The notes: generated by a model not told the origin, from the letters alone. DNA of 64,000 bases from Octopus sinensis (GCF_006345805.1 NC_043000.1:99014001-99078000), one strand, 5' to 3'. Positions 11,991 through 25,912 are shown, counted from the stretch's first letter. Numbers and translations: made by a program.

Positions 11991-12784
11991 TTACATTATA
12001 TTTTATATTATTATTATATTTTTATAATCCTTATATTATACACATTATATTTCATTCTTCTCTGCTTTAGTTCTACAAATTACTCTTTTTCTGCCATTCA
12101 TTCATCATCCATTCATTCATTCTTTCTTTCTTTCTTTCCTTTTTGTCCTTTCTCTTTTCCGTATTTGCTCTTTACTTGAGACTTTTTCTTTTTCTTTCTT
12201 TTTTTTGTCTTTATTTTCTACTAGCTTTCTCTCTCTTTCACCTCGCCTCTTCCTTTTGTACATTCCCTCCCTTTTCAATTGCTTTCTTTTTATTTTCCTA
12301 CCAAAACAATTATAAAATATGTCGGATTCTATCCAACATTGGTCATAATAATCCGTAACTGAATACTATAAAGTGTTTCTTTAATGTCTTGTTGCGGTTG
12401 AGATTAGGCACACTTATAGTAAAGACTCTAAGCAACGATAGTGTTCGAACGCCCGACGGAACTATTATATGAACCAATGTTTACCCCTATTTATCATATA
12501 TTATGAGTGTGTGTGTATGTGTGTGTACGTACGTATACATGTATATAAGTATGTATGCATGTATATAAGTATGTATGCATGTATATATTTATGTATGTAT
12601 ATGCATGTGTATGTATGTATCTATGTATGTGTATGTATGTATGTATGTATGTATGTATGTATTATGAATGTATGTATGTATCTATGTATGTGTATGTATG
12701 TATGTATTATGAATGTATGTATGTATCTATGTATGTGTATGTATGTATGTATTATGAATGTATGTATCTATGTATGTGCACTGA

Positions 12785-12946
12785 CGTGCTTGTGATTTTG
12801 TGCTTGTTTTTGTCCTCCAAAAAATCTTGACAACCATAGTTGGTTTGCTTATCTCCCCGTAACATGGAAGTTCTTTCTGCAAAAGGTGCCGATAGAATAA
12901 GTATCATAAACTTTACTTGTTTCAGTCATTTGACTGTGGCCATGCT
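12785..12946 (+). mobile_element. SINE family A, 3' module truncated by gap
   Basis: ttgacaacc...ccccgtaac...gcaaaaggtgccgatagaataagta. Confidence 0.7.
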
Positions 12947-13046
12947 NNNNNNNNNNNNNNNNNNNNNNNNNNNNNNNNNNNNNNNNNNNNNNNNNNNNNN
13001 NNNNNNNNNNNNNNNNNNNNNNNNNNNNNNNNNNNNNNNNNNNNNN
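12947..13046. other. Assembly gap (100 N)
   Basis: Run of 100 N. Confidence 1.
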
Positions 13047-13281
13047 GTCAACTTTGCTGCTTATATGTGTAGCCCAGCTTATGTTGTTGTCCACTGTTAC
13101 TCCCAGGTCTCTGATGTTGTTGGATGCCATGAGAATTTCTCCAGAAGGAAGAGAGTATGGGAGTTTCAGAGCGTCCTCCCTTCCAAAGTGGATCAGTTCG
13201 AATTTGTCTTCATTTAGCAACATGTTATTCTTTTCCGCCCATTGGACAAGGGCCAGTAGGTCTGACTGAAGGTTTATTCGG
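13047..13281 (-). mobile_element. CR1/L2-like LINE, reverse-transcriptase C-terminal fragment
   Basis: LQSDLLALVQWAEKNNMLLNEDKFELIHFG...IRDLGVTVDNNISWATHI matches the LQ.DL..L..W...N.M.LN..K...DLGV.VD..LSW..HI pattern. Confidence 0.85.
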
Positions 13282-13418
13282 TCATACATATATATAAGTT
13301 AATCCAAACATGAAAACACAAAGATTAAAAAACAAAAACGCGAGAAAGAATGGAACAAGTATAGTATTATGGACGCTATATATATATGTATATGTATATA
13401 TTATATATATATATATAT

Positions 13419-13455
<37 letters not shown>

Positions 13456-13460
13456 GTATG

Positions 13461-13511
<51 letters not shown>

Positions 13512-13742
13512 CACACCACATATATATATATGTGTGTATATATACAGATATATATAAAATAAAATACAAAATGGGACAAGAACGTAAAACATCCGGACAA
13601 CTAGGTGATACAAAAAGGGACAACAAAACATCCAGATAGACGATACAAAAAAACACGGGAGGGTCATTCGAAGCCTTTTATCATCAGTCAAGAACCGGAT
13701 CATCCTCGCAATTTCGGCTGATGTATACATATATACATACGT

Positions 13743-13792
<50 letters not shown>

Positions 13793-13859
13793 TATACATA
13801 CATATGTGTGTTGTGTGGTGTGTGGTGTGTGTGTGTTAATATGTATGTATGTATATAAA

Positions 13860-14220
13860 TCTCCAAGAATCGAGATGTCGGAAGAAAGTTAGTTTCAAGC
13901 AATCCGTTGTCAATATAAAGAATTCAACTTGCAGGAACCATAGTGGTTTACTGAGGCGAAGGGTTGTTAAATTATTTGTATCGAAGTACGAAAATCTGAA
14001 AAAAATTATTTTTATATTTCCAGCAGGCAACCGGTTTTGCCGGGTATGCAAATGAGAATACAAGAGTTAAGGAATGGAGTAGATAAGATCCGGGGTACAT
14101 ACGTTTCATAGCTTGCGGAGCCTCGAAAGTTGTAATTATCCAAGCGAGGTGTATAGCGTAGGCTACTCGTCAAGCCATGGGTATGTTGATTAAATGTAAG
14201 TTTACACTGCCGCTAACACA
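13860..14220 (+). repeat. Dispersed repeat homologous to 25300-25620 and to 31410-31575 (minus)
   Basis: Shared ggaatggagtagataa(g/a)atcc.gg.tacat..gtttcatagct...atg.aagtttaca(c/t)tg.cg. Confidence 0.7.
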
Positions 14221-14281
14221 TGGAATATTCGCTTTGAATAATATGTATCCCGAATCATCTCCTCTATTATATTAATATATA

Positions 14282-14319
<38 letters not shown>

Positions 14320-14327
<8 letters not shown>

Positions 14328-14970
14328 TGCCCCCTCGTTATCGAGTATGGCCATTGCACGAAGCTTAACTGTTAGTGGTGCTATGATCGAATGTGACTTT
14401 TATTTGCTTTTCAAGGCTACAGCCAGCCATTCACTTGAGACTCACAGCACTATCAACAATCATGAACAATGTTGTTATCGTGCAATGCCTGTGCAAGAAG
14501 AGTTTTTTAAAAGTGAGGAAAGGCTGTGAACTGAGTCAATCCCACTCACTAAGCAACAGCAGCCATAATTCGAAAAGAAGAACAAGTCAACATCATTGGT
14601 AACCACTGAGCCGCAGTTTTTATGTCAGAGTTATCCCAGTTACCTGAGTTACCTTCTCCTAGAAGGATGCCCTAACAAAGGCTAGGAGTCCTTCACTCCC
14701 AATGGTTTAACCGCGCGATCGGGTATTCAGTCCGATTATTTCTATGTCCCCGCGCATGGTACAGCCTTAACCGTTAAAAAAAAATCACATTTATTGGATG
14801 GCCGTTGACTCCGCCCTTTGACGGGTTTTGTTTTTCATCCTGCAGGGTGTCCAATAAACACCCTCCTCATTAAGTAAGCAAGGTGGGGTTGCCGGTTTAG
14901 TCGCCGACGGCCCGACCATGCAACAGGTTGTACTGGTTTACATGTAACCAGTAGCACTCGAAAGTGACCT
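14320..14970 (-). mobile_element. Probable RTE-type LINE 5' region or derivative
   Basis: Contains agttaccttctcctagaaggatgccctaacaaaggctaggagtcc, resembling my recollection of the reverse complement of RTE 5' ends; higher GC than flanks. Confidence 0.4.
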
Positions 14971-15004
<34 letters not shown>

Positions 15005-15394
15005 ATATATATACAAACATACATACATGCATACATACATACATACATACATACATACATACATACATACATACACACACTTTATTTGTTCTTTTACAAG
15101 GCTACTAATGTTTTCATGCTTAATAACTTTCAAGTATACCACATGGGGACGTTGGTACTCGTCTCCTATCTATTTGGAGTGAGATTTAGATAGTGTTATC
15201 ATTCAAAATGAAGACGAGTACCTACATTCCCATGTGACAGGCTTGAAAATTGCTAAGTACATGAAACCACTGGGAGCCTTGCTAAGCCAGAAATAAAGAC
15301 TATTTATCGAAGAATGCTGTGTTGAGCATTCATTCTCAGTGTTCGATATTAGCGTATGTATAAAGGCAGAGGAGGGACAGAAGCGTTAGAACTC

Positions 15395-15570
15395 AGGGCA
15401 AAATGTTTAGCGGCATTTCGTCACTTTACGTTCTGAGTTTCAACTACGTCGGTGATGACTTTAACTTTCATCCTTTCGGAGTCGATAAAATAAGTACCAG
15501 TTAAGCACTAGGATCAATTTAATCTACTAGACACCTCTCCCAAACTACTGGCCTTGTGTCACAATTGAAA
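15395..15570 (+). mobile_element. SINE family B (Meta/MESC-like core), degenerate
   Basis: gtttagcggcatttcg...gttctgagtttcaa...ctttcatcctttcggagtcgataaaataagtaccag. Confidence 0.75.
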
Positions 15571-15670
15571 TATTTATTATATATATTATATCATAAACAT
15601 ACATACGTACAGATATACATACATACATATATATATATATATTTATATATATATATATATATATAATATA

Positions 15671-15717
<47 letters not shown>

Positions 15718-16474
15718 TCATGCATACATATATACAAGAGAGACTGGAAACAGACACGTAAGCGAAAGTGTTAAAGAGGATATGGTACAGGTGTGCATGG
15801 AACTGAAATGTGTCGTGTTTTCTCCATTAATTACAATTATTTCTTTCTCCTACCTGTTTACAATAATTTCAAGTTATTATAAAGTAGCAAACAAGTGCAA
15901 AAACCATATGGTTGCAAGATGACAAGTCTTTCGAACAATCTACAAATCTTAAGATTGATAATTGTCTCCTAATGAATTATTTTGTTATACAGAATATAAA
16001 AGATGAACACTCGAGTTTATTTGTTGTTCTTTTTTTAATATTATTGCTGTGTTTCACTTCTGACAATGTCCTTATTCAGTCGAACACAAGCTGAGAAAAT
16101 TAATTAAAAGAATTTATAAAACGATACAATAATGTTTTAGATAATTCTGGTGCTAGTTTATTGAACCTACCAACGCTGAAATTTGTAAACATATGAATAT
16201 TTAGCAATTTATTAAAGTTGGATAAGCAATATCATAAATATATCAATATAATGATATATGATGATGTCAGACATTATAAATAACAGCTTGAGAGAGAAAA
16301 TGGAAGCAGACTCATCGATAGGATCCGAACAAATATCTATTGATAGCCACGCAACCTTATTACCGAATGTAGCACAGTATATCGGATAAGATCTCTGATT
16401 GTTTGATATGATAATGAATCACAGCACGGGAATAAGGCTACACAGTTTACATACATATATGTATGTAACCATGT

Positions 16475-16759
16475 GGAGGCGCATGGCCTAGTGGTTAGAG
16501 CAGCGGACTTGAGGTCGAGGGATCGCGGGTTCGAATCTCAGACCGGGCGATGTGTGTGTTTATGAGCGAATCACCTAAGCTCCACGCGGCTTCGACAGAA
16601 AGTAATGGCAAATTTCTGCTGACTCTTTCGCCATAACTTTCTCTCACTATTTCCTCACCTGCGACAGACCGGCGTCCCGTCCAGGTGGGGAACCTATACG
16701 TCAAGGAAACCGGGAAACCGGCTCTATGAGTCAGGCGTGGCTCGAGTAGGAACAAACAA
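16475..16759 (+). mobile_element. tRNA-derived SINE with V-domain-like core
   Basis: A box TGGCCTAGTGG, B box GGTTCGAATCT, gaccggcgtcccgtccaggtgggg core, tail ctcgagtaggaacaaacaa. Confidence 0.85.
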
Positions 16760-17099
16760 TGTATATATCCATGTCTATATAGAGGTTTAGTAGTAAATAT
16801 ATGTTACTTATTAAACTTAAATCACTAAATTTATTAGACTTATTTCATAGCAGATTTTTATGTAGCACTTCTTATTAGTAATTATATTTGCATACTTTTA
16901 TTGCAGTATAGATACATATTTAAAATTAATCTATTTCAGTTTCTATAATGAGTGAAACGCGTGAAACTATGTTATTGATAATTTAAATATTGTGACTTGA
17001 AAAATTATATCTTTATAGTTTACTCTATATGTTTTCTTGAAATTCTAAATTGATAAAAATGAATCATAAAATGGAAGCAATTTTAAGAGAAATATATTT

Positions 17100-17380
17100 C
17101 ATTCGGGAACAACTCATTCTCGTGTACAAGCAATTAGCTTTCCGTCAGCTAGTGTACCGATGGAAAGAAGTCTGCTTGGCCTAATACACAAGAATGAATT
17201 ATATAGCTGACCATATGAGATAGATAAACTTGTCAGTTCAATTTTTGTCATCTTCAGAGATTATTGATGAGATTTCTCGATAGTCATACGAAAAAAGACT
17301 GTATGAATTGAAACTGGAATCTCTTGAACTGAAACTTATCTAACTGGATGAGCTGGATGCCCTCTTAATATGGAAGACGA
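17100..17380 (+). mobile_element. Highly decayed CR1-like LINE 3' fragment
   Basis: TCA TAC GAA AAA AGA CTG TAT GAA TTG AAA CTG GAA TCT CTT GAA = SYEKRLYELKLESLE, cf. CR1 SYEERL..L.L.SLE; stops nearby. Confidence 0.4.
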
Positions 17381-18049
17381 TGGGATAACCACGGCTAGAC
17401 TACCTTTTACCGTGGGTTAGTTCGTTTTTGGCCAACCGGCAGATTATCAGAAGCAATGTTCATTATCTGGAAGATAAAAAGCAAAGTCGACTTCGCCGGG
17501 ATTTAAAATCAGAAATGAAAAGTCACATCAACAGTATTGAATATTCGTCAGTCTCAATGAATAGATTTTATATGTCTATATTTATAGTAATGCTCGTAGT
17601 AAACATATGCAGCAACATATAGTTGTTGTACTTATATTTTTATGTAGCTCGGCTTGGGTCAACCGGTGGATGATCAGAAAAAGCGTTTATTACTTTAGAT
17701 GGATAAAAAAATCAGTGTCGACTGTGGCGGGATTTAACGCCAGAAAAATACTCCAGCTTCAGCAACAATATTGAATAGATCACTCGTCGGTTTCGACGGA
17801 TTAATTTACTAGTTGTTCGTTTAACAAAATTGTCTACTCACATAATAGTACATGCTGGTTGAGTATTCCACGCATTCTTGTATTCTTAGACTTATGTTCA
17901 GTCTGAGTCTCTGTGATATGGACAAGTTGGCATCTGTGAATTACAGGTACATTCTAGTTGATTTGTTTCTATACGTAAAACATTGTATTTTGTCGATGCT
18001 TCATTTGACACGAGTTTGTGTTTGAAAACGTGTCCAGGGTGCTGCGCTG

Positions 18050-18282
18050 TGGGATCGAACACAGACACGCGTAACCTTGACGTAATTCTCAGGGAGATCC
18101 AGCTGGACTCAGAACGTGACAAGGCTGACCCTTTGAAATACTCATCATTTTTGTCTGCTGAGTAAACTGGAGCAACGTGAAATAAAGTGTCTTGTTCGAG
18201 GAGACAATGCGTCAGCGGGCACTGAACTCACAACCTTGTGATAGTAAGCCGAATACCCTAACCACTAAGTCACGCACCTTCA
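18050..18282 (-). mobile_element. SINE family C (tRNA head plus CORE/V-like region)
   Basis: Reverse complement of the 25913 copy: ggagcaacgtgaaataaagtgtcttg...ccctaaccactaagtcacgcacctt. Confidence 0.8.
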
Positions 18283-18989
18283 CGTGGTTAAGATACAAAT
18301 ACTATATTAAATCTGGTCTACAAAAAATAATAATAATAATAATGTTTATGGGGAAAGTCAGGAAATAATGACAATTGTAAGGACTTCAAGGCGATAAAAT
18401 ATACTGAATGTGTGTAAGCAATTTAAAAATAATATGGAAAGTTCAAATGAAAATCAAATAAACAGCTACACCAATAGCAATAATTCCTTCAAATGTTTTA
18501 ACAGAGTTTTGTTCGTCCAAAGCTGGTCGAGTTAGACGCTCAAGTCGGTTTGAACCAAAGAAAACTAAAGATAAATCTTCACCACCTAAAAAAAATTGTC
18601 TGCTGTTCACATGTGATAAATATTGTCTCTTTGGCTTGTGTTTTGAAGTGACATATGTCTCGACACAAAACTAATTGTCATGATTCTAAATTGAGAAGAG
18701 ATATTTATGCGATCTTTTTGAAAAAAAGAATTACAAAACAGCTGAAATGAAAAGACAATTTGCTTTCCAGCTCATTTGCAAATAACGGTAAAAACTCATT
18801 ATTAAACCGACTTTCATCCTTTTATGCATGTACTTCAAACATATACGCATACTTGCATACACACAAGAAAGACAAAAATGCACGCAGACATACATACATA
18901 CAAACATATATATATATTTACGTACACAAACACACACACACACATATATAATATATATATATATATATGTGTGTGTGTGTATGTGTATG

Positions 18990-19195
18990 TATTTGTGTGC
19001 CCCTGTTTGTCACCCCAGAATCATCTGACAACCGGTGTTGTTGTGTTTACATCCCCGTAATACAGCGTTTCGGCAAAAGTGAGCGTTAGATTAAGTATTA
19101 GGCTTACAAAAAATAAGTCCTGGGGTCAATTTGTTCGACTGAAAGCGGTGCTCCAGCGTAGCCGCAGTCAAAATGACTGAAACAAGTAAAAGGGG
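18990..19195 (+). mobile_element. SINE family A, 3' module
   Basis: gacaaccggtgttg...ccccgtaa...ggcaaaag...ggcttacaaaaaataagtcctggggtc...gcggtgctccagc...tgactgaaacaagtaaaag. Confidence 0.88.
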
Positions 19196-20352
19196 AAAAT
19201 AATAAAAGAATATAAGTATATATATATGTATATATATATATATGCACAGTGATACCTCACAGTACGAATTTTATTCGTTCCATGACACTAGCTCCTAACT
19301 CCTCGACTACAGATATCTCAGACTCAAACTCCTCGAAGTCTCCTCCGGATACCCAGTCAGGCCGCAGTCACCTTCATGCAGAATTCAGCGTTCTCCTCGT
19401 TACACCGTCAGGCCATATCGATGATTTTCAGGCAGTTACCAGTGCTCCTTCCAAAACTCACGAAGGGTTAGATTTATATTTTCGGCGACTTCAAAGCACC
19501 CATGATTCTTCTCTCCTCCTGTGATTATTCGCTTGTTTCCTAACAAAAATATTGTTACCACCAATCTCGCCATCACACAAACACAGAAACATCGTTTCTA
19601 CCATGACAAATTCCACCACTAACACCTTCATCTCTGCTTCTATCACTGTCTCCGCTACCACTATATTAATTTCAACCATATTTCGATTTCTACATCGCCA
19701 GTTTCCTCTCTCCCTATCTGAAGCCAATTTTGTTGCATTTTACTTTCCAATTTACACTTTTTCTTACAAAATATTATTTTCATGAGACATTAGTTTTCAC
19801 TCCAATCTTTATTGCTTTTCACTTCAACGATTTCGTTCTATACCTCGAGGAAAAAGGACACTCTTAAATTATAATTATTTATGAAGGGCTTGTTTTCAAA
19901 ATAGAAGCAAATATTATCGAAACTGAAAAGAAAGATTATTATATAGAAATGAAGTATCAGAAATATATGAATGAGATTGGTGACCAATATTTAAATATAT
20001 ATTTACAAATAGGTGCCTCTTGCTTCGGAAAAGCCGCCTGTAGCGCATCGATTGAATTGATAAATCTTGCAGTGTTTATTGCTGTATGGTAACAATGCCA
20101 CATATTTAGAGGATCAAAACTGATTAGATGGAAGTTCAAAAGAAACAATTACGAAGAGAAGTTCACTTAAAATTGACAGAAATATACTTGAAATCAAAAG
20201 AATCATTAATTATAAGGATCTGCTTTAAAAATGAAAAACATTCATAGAATGGAATGGAGGTCAATGAAGCAAAAGAGGTACTTACAAAAGTAAAGGAACT
20301 TAGAGAATGCAGTTCAAATACAGTGAGTGTGTGTGTGAGAGAGGGAGAGAGC

Positions 20353-20383
<31 letters not shown>

Positions 20384-20495
20384 AGAGAGAGAGAAAGAAA
20401 GAGAAAGGGAGGTGAAACAAGAAGAACAGAAGTGAAGCGAATGTATCTGAAGTGCGATTTGTCAAGAAAGACAAATAATGATCTGAAGGACTCTA

Positions 20496-20563
<68 letters not shown>

Positions 20564-20564
20564 G

Positions 20565-20601
<37 letters not shown>

Positions 20602-21060
20602 ATATATATATATATATATGTGTGTGTATGTATATATATGTGCGAGTGTGTATACATATATGTATATATATGTATGTATATATGTATTTGTGTGTACGTA
20701 CATGGGTACGTGTATATATATGTATATATATGTATATGTATATGTATATGTATGTGTATGTATGTATATATGTATGTATGTATATGTGGGTATGTATGTA
20801 TATGTATAGATATATGTGAATATGTGGGTGTAGATATGTGTATATATATATGTAGATGTACAAGTGAGAGTCTCCTTACTTACCTAAAACTCTATTTTTC
20901 TATTTATTTTTTTATTCTTTTATCTACTTTACCACCGATTCCTTTGACCACTCCCCTAATAATGACAGTTTTGCGCCATGCCTACCCCCCAAAAAGTCCC
21001 CCACCACCACCCATTTAAACCTGCCTAAATGTATAAATGCCAAAACAACACTTGTCTACT

Positions 21061-21111
21061 AGCTTCCTGATGATTTCTTTTGAATGAAACAGTTCTAGTC
21101 CTGTAGAAGCT
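21061..21111 (+). ncRNA. Type I hammerhead ribozyme motif, same family as 172-221
   Basis: AGCTTC-CTGATGA-TTTC TTTT GAAT-GAA-ACAG TTCTAGTC CTGT-A-GAAGCT. Confidence 0.75.
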
Positions 21112-21143
21112 CCTTCTACATAATAAATAAAATAAATAAAATG

Positions 21144-21170
<27 letters not shown>

Positions 21171-21180
<10 letters not shown>

Positions 21181-22011
21181 AGCTTAGAGAAGAAGAAGAA
21201 GAAGAAACGAAACGAAACGAATCGAATCGAATCGAATCGACGCGAGGGCGCTCAGTCATACAATAGTGTAGTAAATAAAATATATGCATACATACAAACA
21301 TATATGTACGTACCTACATCTACATGTATATATACATGCATATATAAATATATATACGTGTGTACAGGACACCACAAATAGACTAGAACTCAACGAGAAA
21401 CGACAAAGTAAAAACAGCGTGGAACGGACCATATTTTTAACAACAAAAAAACAGAGTACAAGACAACTACACAAGGAAAAATCCCCTTCATCAGCTGTCC
21501 CTAGTTCAACTCCAGCGTGTTTCGAAGGTGAGGACAGTAGACGTCTCGTCAAACTAGTCCTTCCTGCGAAAGAATTAAATAAAATTCCTTTGCAGAGGGG
21601 TAAAAACAAGGGAAAAAATGTGACAAAAACAGGACGTAAAAACAATACAATTAAAAACAAATACAAAATAAAAATACAATTACAAAAAATACAGTGCAAG
21701 AAGAATAGAAACAGGACAGGAAAACAATAATGAGGGCCTATAAGCCTAGACGAGAAAAAATTTTCACGAGCGCAGGAAGAAGCATGTTTACTTGAAGAAG
21801 GCCGCCAGCGAAAAGAAGTCCGTCGACCCGGCTGTGAGAGAGATGAGGAGGAGTGAGAGAGAGAGAGAGAGATAGAGAAGAAGGAGTTATAGAGTTTCGC
21901 GTCATAATTATATATAAAAACCAGCTTAGAGAAGAAGAAGAAACGAAACGAAACGAAACGAATCGAATCGAATCGAATCGACGCGAGGGCGCTCAGTCAT
22001 ACAATAGTGTA
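21171..22011. repeat. ~100-bp direct repeats flanking a ~640-bp spacer
   Basis: 21171-21270 and 21911-22011 share ccagcttagagaagaagaag(GAAAC)n(GAATC)n gacgcgagggcgctcagtcatacaatagtgta. Confidence 0.9.
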
Positions 22012-23055
22012 CTAATATATATATATACGCGCACACGCACACACACACACACACACAATAGCAATCGCACCAAATATTTGAACTACCGAGAAAGTTTATG
22101 AGTAGCGCGGCAATCTACGTTCTCGATTAACCTAGCAACAGAAAACCAAGTTGAAGGCTGGTTATTGTGGAGGTTGTTGCATTTCAATGGTCATAGAACA
22201 TATAAGTTTGCAAGCGATGCAAAGTAGGGCTACTGAAGTGTTTTGGTAGTAGATTACAGATAATGACTACAAAATGTAGTTATTTTACATAAAAGCGAAA
22301 TTTCTTGTCAGTAACAGCCACATGAATGGTGCAAGGAAATTGAAAGAAGACGTTGAAAGTTCTCCTCTGCAAGTTTATTTTATTCAACAACAAAGGGAAG
22401 TATGATTGGTACGTTCAAAAATGGCAATACAATACCTACTTGAAAAAGTAGAGTTAAAGGGATGTATTTGTTACGTGCTTACAGTGTACGGCCACTCTGA
22501 AATGGACTTCAAGTAACGAAAAATGAAAACATGAAGAGTTTGACTTCAGTTCACGAATACTGATTTGAATCTTTAGCAGTTCGCAGTGAAAAGATGTCGC
22601 GTTCGAAATATCATAATAGATGGGTAAATAAGCATCCTGAAAGTGAAACAACGCATTGGTAGGTAAACAAAGGTATCAACAAATAGAAGAGGGAAGGGAA
22701 CATCACCTTTCAGGTAATTCAGAATAGGTAAAGGTAAGCTTCAAAAGTTTAATGCAGTTTAGATATGGAGATTAAGATTGTTTGGGATTGGATATTCACC
22801 GCGTACAATGTTCCTACTCAATCAAATCACCATCTCAGGTGGAAAGTCGAAATAAATATAGGCAAAATCCTTTCACTTTTGTAATATTCTCTAACCAAGT
22901 AATAATACACAATTACAACATATGAAGAAATAATAAATAAAAAAATGTGAAAACCACTAATAAATATTATCTAATGCCAATATATGAACATATAGATCAA
23001 AAACGTATGGAAGACCCTACAAAAAACTATGTACATACAACGAATTAGAGAAAAA

Positions 23056-23250
23056 CTAGTGTTCACCACCATTATTCCCGGTTTGTCCATTTACGCAGGA
23101 GCTCTGGGTAAAATGTTATAGTACATGACCACCCTTGGCACACAAGTACTGAGTGTGTAAAGTTTGGTGAAAATCCGTTGAAGATTGTGGAAACGTATGC
23201 GTTAGTCAATATACACACATATACTGCGATTTAGATAATATACGAGGCAT
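23056..23250 (-). mobile_element. Degenerate Helitron-like non-autonomous element
   Basis: Begins a|CTAG; contains aagtttggtgaaaatccgttgaag...acacacatatactgcgattt, paralleling 10991-11364. Confidence 0.45.
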
Positions 23251-23753
23251 TTTCGCACTAGATAATATACGAGGCATTTTCGTCAGTGCAACTCAAACTG
23301 ATAGGTAAGCATGCACTATGTGTCCTCGATTCGGCATACCACTAAAATTCCGGTATAAACTGCAGCTGAATATGCGATTTCACTACTACCTTTCTGAAGC
23401 GGCTGGAGGTGGCTTTCCCTTGAGCAGGTGTGAACAGATTAAAATAATTTGGGAAGACTTGACAAGGACATTTAATTCAGCTATGAAATAATATAATATA
23501 ATGCAATACAAAGGTGTATAGTCTCTAACGGCTGTTTCTAGAATATCCCAGCCTTCTCTCTCTCTCTCTTTCTCTTTCTTTATATAAATATATTCTTTTA
23601 TATAAATATATAATATATATATATATATATATTATATATAATATATATATAACACACATAAATATATATATACATACATATATATTATATGAGAAATATA
23701 AGAGTATAAAAGGAGTAAAATACTGGAGATTCAGTATACACCACATATTTTCA

Positions 23754-23785
<32 letters not shown>

Positions 23786-23814
23786 TATAATATATATATA
23801 TATATTATATATAC

Positions 23815-23945
23815 AACGGACGGGCTTCTTTCAGTTTCCACTTACAAGGCTTTAGTCGGCCCGATACTCGCTCAAGGTGCCACGCAGTGGGATTGACTTT
23901 GGAAGCATGTGGTTGGGAAGCAAGCTTCTTACTACACAGCTACGC
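23815..23945 (-). mobile_element. SINE family A, 5' part
   Basis: acggacgggcttctttcagtttcc...ggtgccacgcagtgggattga...catgtggttgggaagcaagcttcttactacacagc. Confidence 0.88.
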
Positions 23946-24354
23946 CTAACCCTATATATATATGTGTGTGTGTGTTTGTGTGTGTGCGTGTGTGTGTGTG
24001 TGTGTGTGTATAAGTATAATTATAAATATATAATTATAATTAAGGTCACTGGAGGGATATCACCTGTATGCGTGAAATAGAAGTCAAACGTCTACAAACC
24101 ACTTAAGTTAGCATTCCTTTTATCACAAGATTGTATGCGAGGAAAATGGACAGAAATGATTTATAAAAATGTTGTGGACAACCCTATATCTATGATTTCA
24201 TGTTTTGCAGTATTAAAATTGTTTTACAATCATCAGTAGGGTACACTGACCGTAAATAAATTAGAAATACATATACATACCCATAGGAATACAATCGTAC
24301 AAATACGAATATATACATATATTTCACACATATGTGTGCGGATTTATTCAGAAT

Positions 24355-24560
24355 AATATTTTTTACTCTAGGCTCAAGGCCCGAAATTTTGGGAGAGGGG
24401 GCCAGTCGATTAGATCGACCCCAGTACTTAATTTATCGACCCCGAATGGACGAAAGGCAAAGTCGACCTCGGCAGAATTTGAACTCAGAACGTAAGGACA
24501 GACGAAAGACTGCTATGGATTTCGCCCGGCGTGCTAACGTTTCTGCTAGGTTGCAGCCTT
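24355..24560 (-). mobile_element. SINE family B
   Basis: ttaatttatcgaccccgaatggacgaaaggcaaagtcgacctcggcagaatttgaactcagaacgt...ttcgcccggcgtgctaacgtttctgc. Confidence 0.9.
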
Positions 24561-24622
24561 ATTTACTCAGAATAATACCGCAGTAAATATGTTACTGGAG
24601 TGAATAAATATATATTTGTACA

Positions 24623-25009
<387 letters not shown>

Positions 25010-25136
25010 GTATGTTATGTATGTATATAGCAACATTTAGATTCAAATGAATATGGTACTTAAGTCAGATGCACCAGAATTTTGTACGGTATTATCCATG
25101 TAAATGCATGGGGTGATATTCTTGTTGCTTACTTTG

Positions 25137-25178
<42 letters not shown>

Positions 25179-25463
25179 AGTAAATATTAATTTAACCGAT
25201 ATGGTTTATGTACGCTGAACACTGATAAATCATTAATTAACGACTTTATCCTAATTATATATATATATAAGTAAAGGTAAGGTGCAAGGATCAATGTGCA
25301 AGAAGTTAGTAAGCATCGAGCAGACGATAGAAAATATTAAAAAAACATCTTTCAGGAACTATAATGGTTTATTGATGTAGAAGGTTGCAAATTTTTCCCG
25401 TATCGAAGTTAGATAATCTGAAAAAAAAAAAAACAGTTGTTTTATAGCTTACGTTTAGCAGCT

Positions 25464-25781
25464 AAAATTAGGGAATGGAGTAGATAAAATCCAGGCTACA
25501 TGTTTCATAGCTAGCAGAACCTCGGAAGCAGTACTTGCCCAAAACGAGAGGTAATCCGTCAGCCAAAGATCGAGTCAAAGATACCTTAATCAGATGAAGT
25601 TTACATTGTCGTCAAGGGCCCTATGTTGATTCGCACGAGATTCGATCGAAAATGCGACAATGTAAATACCATTTGATTAAAGAATATTTGGCCCGACGAT
25701 TAGCTAGCGGATTACTCCTCATTTGGACAATAACTACTTTCGAATGTAGCCTGGATTTTATCTGCTCCATTCCCTATTTTT
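25464..25781. mobile_element. Foldback element with ~140-bp inverted arms
   Basis: aaaattagggaatggagtagataaaatccaggctacat... versus ...atgtagcctggattttatctgctccattccctattttt; similarity continues inward to tttacattgtcg / cgacaatgtaaa. Confidence 0.85.
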
Positions 25782-25808
25782 GGATACATATATATATATA
25801 TATTTACT

Positions 25809-25893
<85 letters not shown>

Positions 25894-25912
25894 TGTGTGT
25901 ATGTGTGTGTGT

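Noticed and set aside
13660-13720. Minus-strand CTGATGA motifs here and at ~51940
   Set aside because: Followed by GAAT/GAGT rather than GAAA and lacking stem III; the shared repeat is real but the ribozyme call is unsupported.
16475-16550. tRNA-like sequence with A and B boxes
   Set aside because: It continues into a SINE body and has no acceptor stem; a SINE head, not a tRNA gene.
19245-19295. CAGTGATACCTC..., resembling a Tigger/pogo terminal repeat
   Set aside because: No matching second TIR or TA target site was found.
19900-20095. About 70 stop-free codons (EANIIETEKKDYYIEMKYQKYMNEI) with a phase-1 donor, a candidate GPCR N-terminal exon
   Set aside because: No cysteine at the expected position and a weak donor; cannot be supported without transcripts.
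22575-22660. FAVKRC and WVNKHPES...W peptides reminiscent of a class B ectodomain exon
   Set aside because: The two pieces are in different frames, end in stops and have the wrong splice phase; most likely coincidence.
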